Assembly: GCA_043811375.1 (NCBI GenBank)
Contig: JBDRNJ010000013.1
Coordinates: forward strand, 1-16,890
Origin: a bacterium
Lineage (GTDB): Bacteria; Zixibacteria; MSB-5A5; GN15; FEB-12
Length of the DNA: 16,890 bases
Reading direction: 5' to 3'
Made by a program: the position numbers and the translations under genes. This document shows positions 14,341 through 16,890 of the stretch, piece after piece. How positions within the stretch are numbered: position 1 is the stretch's first letter; every line of letters begins with the position of its first letter. The notes beneath the pieces were generated by a model. That model saw only the letters and a list, made by a program, of their open reading frames with translations, searched no databases and was not told the DNA's origin.

Positions 14341-15666
14341 ATGACCAAGACCAGAGAAGATGTCCTCCGGCTTATCGATGAAGCCGGGGTCCGCTATATC
14401 AGGCTCTGTTTTACAGATATCCTGGGCAAGATCAAGGGAATGTCGATTGCGCGGTCGGAGATCGAGCAGGTTCTGGACGAAGGCCAGGGGTTTGACGGCT
14501 CCTCAGTGGAGGGTTTTGCCCGAATTGAGGAGTCTGATCTGATGGCGGTACCGGACCCGCTGACCTTTAGGATAATCCCGTGGGAGATATCCGGTGAGAA
14601 AGTGGCCATGTTGTTCTGCGACATTACGCATCCGGACGGCAAGCCGTACGAAGGTGATCCGCGTTGGGTGCTCAAGAAAAACCTGGCCCGGGTGCAGGAC
14701 AAGGGCTGGACGTTTTATGTCGGCCCGGAAATTGAGTATTTCTACTTCGAGAGTCAGAACAAACCGCTGCCTCTGGACCAGGACGGTTATTTCGACTACG
14801 GTTCTGTAGATATCGGCGCCGAGGTGCGCAAAGCTGCCGTCAACGCGCTGGAGGCGATTGATATTCCGGTGGAATGTTCGCATCATGAGGTCGCCCCCAG
14901 CCAGCATGAGATTGACCTGAAATACCAGGAAGCGCTGGTGATGGCTGACTTCGCCCAGGTCTACCGTTTCATCATCAAGCAGGTGGCGATGCACAATGAG
15001 ATTTACGCGACCTTCATGCCCAAACCGATCTTTGGCATCAACGGCAGCGGCATGCACTGCCACATGTCGCTCTTCAAAGGCGAGCGCAACCTCTTCTTTG
15101 ATGCTTCAGACGAGTACAACCTTTCGACGATGGCCCGTCAGTTCACTGCCGGTCTGCTCAAGCACGTTCAGGAAATTACGCTGGTGCTCAACCAGTGGGT
15201 CAATTCGTATAAGCGTCTGGTTCCCGGCTATGAAGCTCCGGTGTACGTCAGCTGGGGTCGCCGTAACCGCTCCAGCATGGTGCGAGTGCCGATGTATCGC
15301 ACCGGCAAGGAACGAGCCACACGGATAGAGCTGCGGTCGCCGGACCCGGCCGCCAATCCTTACCTGACCTTTGCCTGTATGCTGGCCGCCGGCATGAAAG
15401 GGATCGAGGATAAATACGAATTGTGCCCGCCAATTGAAGAAAACATCTATACTATGTCCGAAGAACGAAAAGCGGGACTGAATATCGACACGCTGCCCAA
15501 TTCGCTGGAGAATGCGGTGCGCAAACTGGAGGCATCGTCACTGGCTCGCGAGGCTCTCGGCGATCATGTCTTTAACAAATTGATCGAGAACAAGAAGATC
15601 GAGTGGGACGACTATCGTATGCATGTCAGCCAGTACGAGCAGGACAAGTACCTGCCGATGCTTTAA
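14341..15666 (+). CDS. glnA: Glutamine synthetase type I (probably GSI-alpha by length, 441 aa)
   Basis: FDGSSVEGF, HHEVAPSQHEID, TFMPKP..G.NGSGMHCH, SYKRLVPGYEAP, RIELRSPDPAANPYL; SD AGGAG. Confidence 0.95.
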   Translation: MTKTREDVLRLIDEAGVRYIRLCFTDILGKIKGMSIARSEIEQVLDEGQGFDGSSVEGFARIEESDLMAVPDPLTFRIIPWEISGEKVAMLFCDITHPDGKPYEGDPRWVLKKNLARVQDKGWTFYVGPEIEYFYFESQNKPLPLDQDGYFDYGSVDIGAEVRKAAVNALEAIDIPVECSHHEVAPSQHEIDLKYQEALVMADFAQVYRFIIKQVAMHNEIYATFMPKPIFGINGSGMHCHMSLFKGERNLFFDASDEYNLSTMARQFTAGLLKHVQEITLVLNQWVNSYKRLVPGYEAPVYVSWGRRNRSSMVRVPMYRTGKERATRIELRSPDPAANPYLTFACMLAAGMKGIEDKYELCPPIEENIYTMSEERKAGLNIDTLPNSLENAVRKLEASSLAREALGDHVFNKLIENKKIEWDDYRMHVSQYEQDKYLPML

Positions 15667-15706
15667 TGTAGCTGTCAAGAAACGTAAATATGTTCTGTCA
15701 ATTGTA

Positions 15707-15735
15707 GTAGGGAAGGTCTCGCAGAGACCTGCCAC
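15707..15735 (+). repeat. GTAG-tagged REP-like palindrome after glnA
   Basis: GTAG-GGaAGGTCTC-gca-GAGACCTgCC-ac; the opposite strand begins GTGG. Confidence 0.65.
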
Positions 15736-15812
15736 ATATGACTGGATCGACTGCTTTCAGCTAGCATGGTATTGTGATTTGAATCCAGTAAGAAGTACTT
15801 AAGGAGAAGACA

Positions 15813-16688
15813 TTGTCAAATAGCTCGGAGATTCTTCGACAACGTGTCCAGAGCATTATGCCGGACCTGGAGATCGAACGTTTCGAAATAAACAACGAGG
15901 GATTGATAAACGATGTTGTGATCGTTAATGGGATGTACGTCTTTCGGTTCGCGAAGAAAAAGGAATATGCCAAGATTCTAAATGTTGAAACGAGAATCCT
16001 CGACCTTATTCGGTCCAAAGTTAACGTGAACGTCCCTACACCAATATACAATGATGATGATTGTGTTGTATATCCACTTCTCGTTGGAGGGCCTCTTTTG
16101 CTTGAGAGAATAATGGATTGGGATGAAAGCACCCGGATTCGTATTGCGGAAGATTTGGGTAAGTTCCTTTTCAGCTTGCACACGACGGAGCTTTCTCAAT
16201 TAGATGAGGAATTGCCGTCCACACTAGCGCCCGTCACACGTGAAAGATGGCTGGATATTCACCGTAGGGTGAAAGAAACGGTCTACCCGCTGCTCTGGAA
16301 GCATCAATTGAAATGGGCCGAGCATCTGTTCAATAGCATGCTGATGAACCCTCAATCGTTTGAATACAAGCCTGCACTAATTCACGGTGATCTAAGACCG
16401 TACCACATTCTGATAAACAGTCAGAACTGCGAGATAACAGGTGTGATTGACTTCGGTGTTGCTGGTGTTGGGGACCCGGCTTCAGATATAGGGACCTTGA
16501 TAAATACCTACGGCGAGAGTTTCGTAATCAAGATGAGGAACACCTATCCAGATCTGGAAGAGTTCATGCCTCGAGCGAGGTTCTATGCACAGGCACTCGA
16601 GTTACAGTGGGTCTGGTTGGGAATTGAATTCGGAGAGAATTTCTGGTTCACAGCACATCTGGGGTGCGCGAGAGATGTTCGTTCATAG
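15813..16688 (+). CDS. Aminoglycoside phosphotransferase (APH)-superfamily kinase
   Basis: YVFRFAK, HGDLRPYHIL, GVIDFG, GDPASD; SD AAGGAG before TTG 15813; AT-richer than flanking genes. Confidence 0.9.
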   Translation: MSNSSEILRQRVQSIMPDLEIERFEINNEGLINDVVIVNGMYVFRFAKKKEYAKILNVETRILDLIRSKVNVNVPTPIYNDDDCVVYPLLVGGPLLLERIMDWDESTRIRIAEDLGKFLFSLHTTELSQLDEELPSTLAPVTRERWLDIHRRVKETVYPLLWKHQLKWAEHLFNSMLMNPQSFEYKPALIHGDLRPYHILINSQNCEITGVIDFGVAGVGDPASDIGTLINTYGESFVIKMRNTYPDLEEFMPRARFYAQALELQWVWLGIEFGENFWFTAHLGCARDVRS

Positions 16689-16724
16689 CGTGTAATCCGA
16701 GCTTTCGCTTGACGGGTGGCCTGG

Positions 16725-16758
16725 GGCTTGTTGAAAAAGTCCCATTCTCGTCATTGCG
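16725..16758 (+). repeat. MITE/IS-end-like motif followed by a truncated CGTC-type REP start
   Basis: GGCTTGTTGAAAAAG resembles IS/MITE terminal repeats; CGTCATTGCG at 16749-16758 resembles the start of a CGTC-tagged REP and has no complementary arm in the window. Confidence 0.4.
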
Positions 16759-16890
16759 GGCATAATGCTCATTTTGTGTTGATATTTGTTACTTTCTGCA
16801 TAGTCGGAAGTACCAAGCGAAGTAGCTCTCGCGATGTTCGGGGCTGAGTCCGCGGTGCTGACGGTAACGAGCTTTGAGCCGACTGAAGTA
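16759..16890 (-). mobile_element. Terminal part of a probable IS256-family (IS1249-like) insertion sequence
   Basis: Transposase-like C-terminus whose stop is followed closely by a candidate terminal repeat (plus strand GGCATAATGCTCATTTTGTGTTGA, 16759-16782). The other end is outside the window. Confidence 0.6.
16789..16890 (-). CDS. Transposase C-terminus (partial; not in ORF track)
   Basis: Manual translation YFSRLKARYRQHRGLSPEHRESYFAWYFRLCRK*, matching from memory the F..LK...R.H.GL....R pattern at the end of IS1249-like transposases. Confidence 0.65.
   Translation of the reverse strand, partial: YFSRLKARYRQHRGLSPEHRESYFAWYFRLCRK

Noticed and set aside
15667..16760. Integron cassette (attC) around the APH gene
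   Set aside because: No paired RYYYAAC/GTTRRRY boxes found and no integrase in the window.
16802..16890. Structured RNA or group II intron start at the window end
   Set aside because: Better explained as the minus-strand coding tail of a transposase; no GTGCG intron start.

Overview
Bacterial chromosomal window, mostly GC-rich housekeeping genes on the + strand: 3' end of purH, a UPF0173-type metallo-beta-lactamase-fold hydrolase, an AsmA-family protein, an M1-aminopeptidase-like protein, a receiver+HisKA protein, yicC-gmk-rpoZ-topA, a dCMP deaminase and glnA. There is also a small minus-strand SEC-C protein. Two visibly AT-richer accessory genes are inserted: a pentapeptide-repeat membrane protein after purH and an APH-family phosphotransferase after glnA. 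The window ends in the 3' tip of a probable IS256/IS1249-like transposase. The most striking non-coding signal is a set of several distinct short palindromic REP-like families (GTAG-, GTGG- and GTCA/CGTC-tagged). They occur as inverted doublets with compensatory base changes and cluster at the edges of the accessory genes; one inverted pair brackets the whole pentapeptide gene. Two adjacent genes look like pseudoenzymes: an M1 peptidase lacking its zinc ligands, and a receiver lacking the phospho-Asp fused to a HisKA with no ATPase domain. All calls come from reading the sequence; no database searches or folding programs were run.
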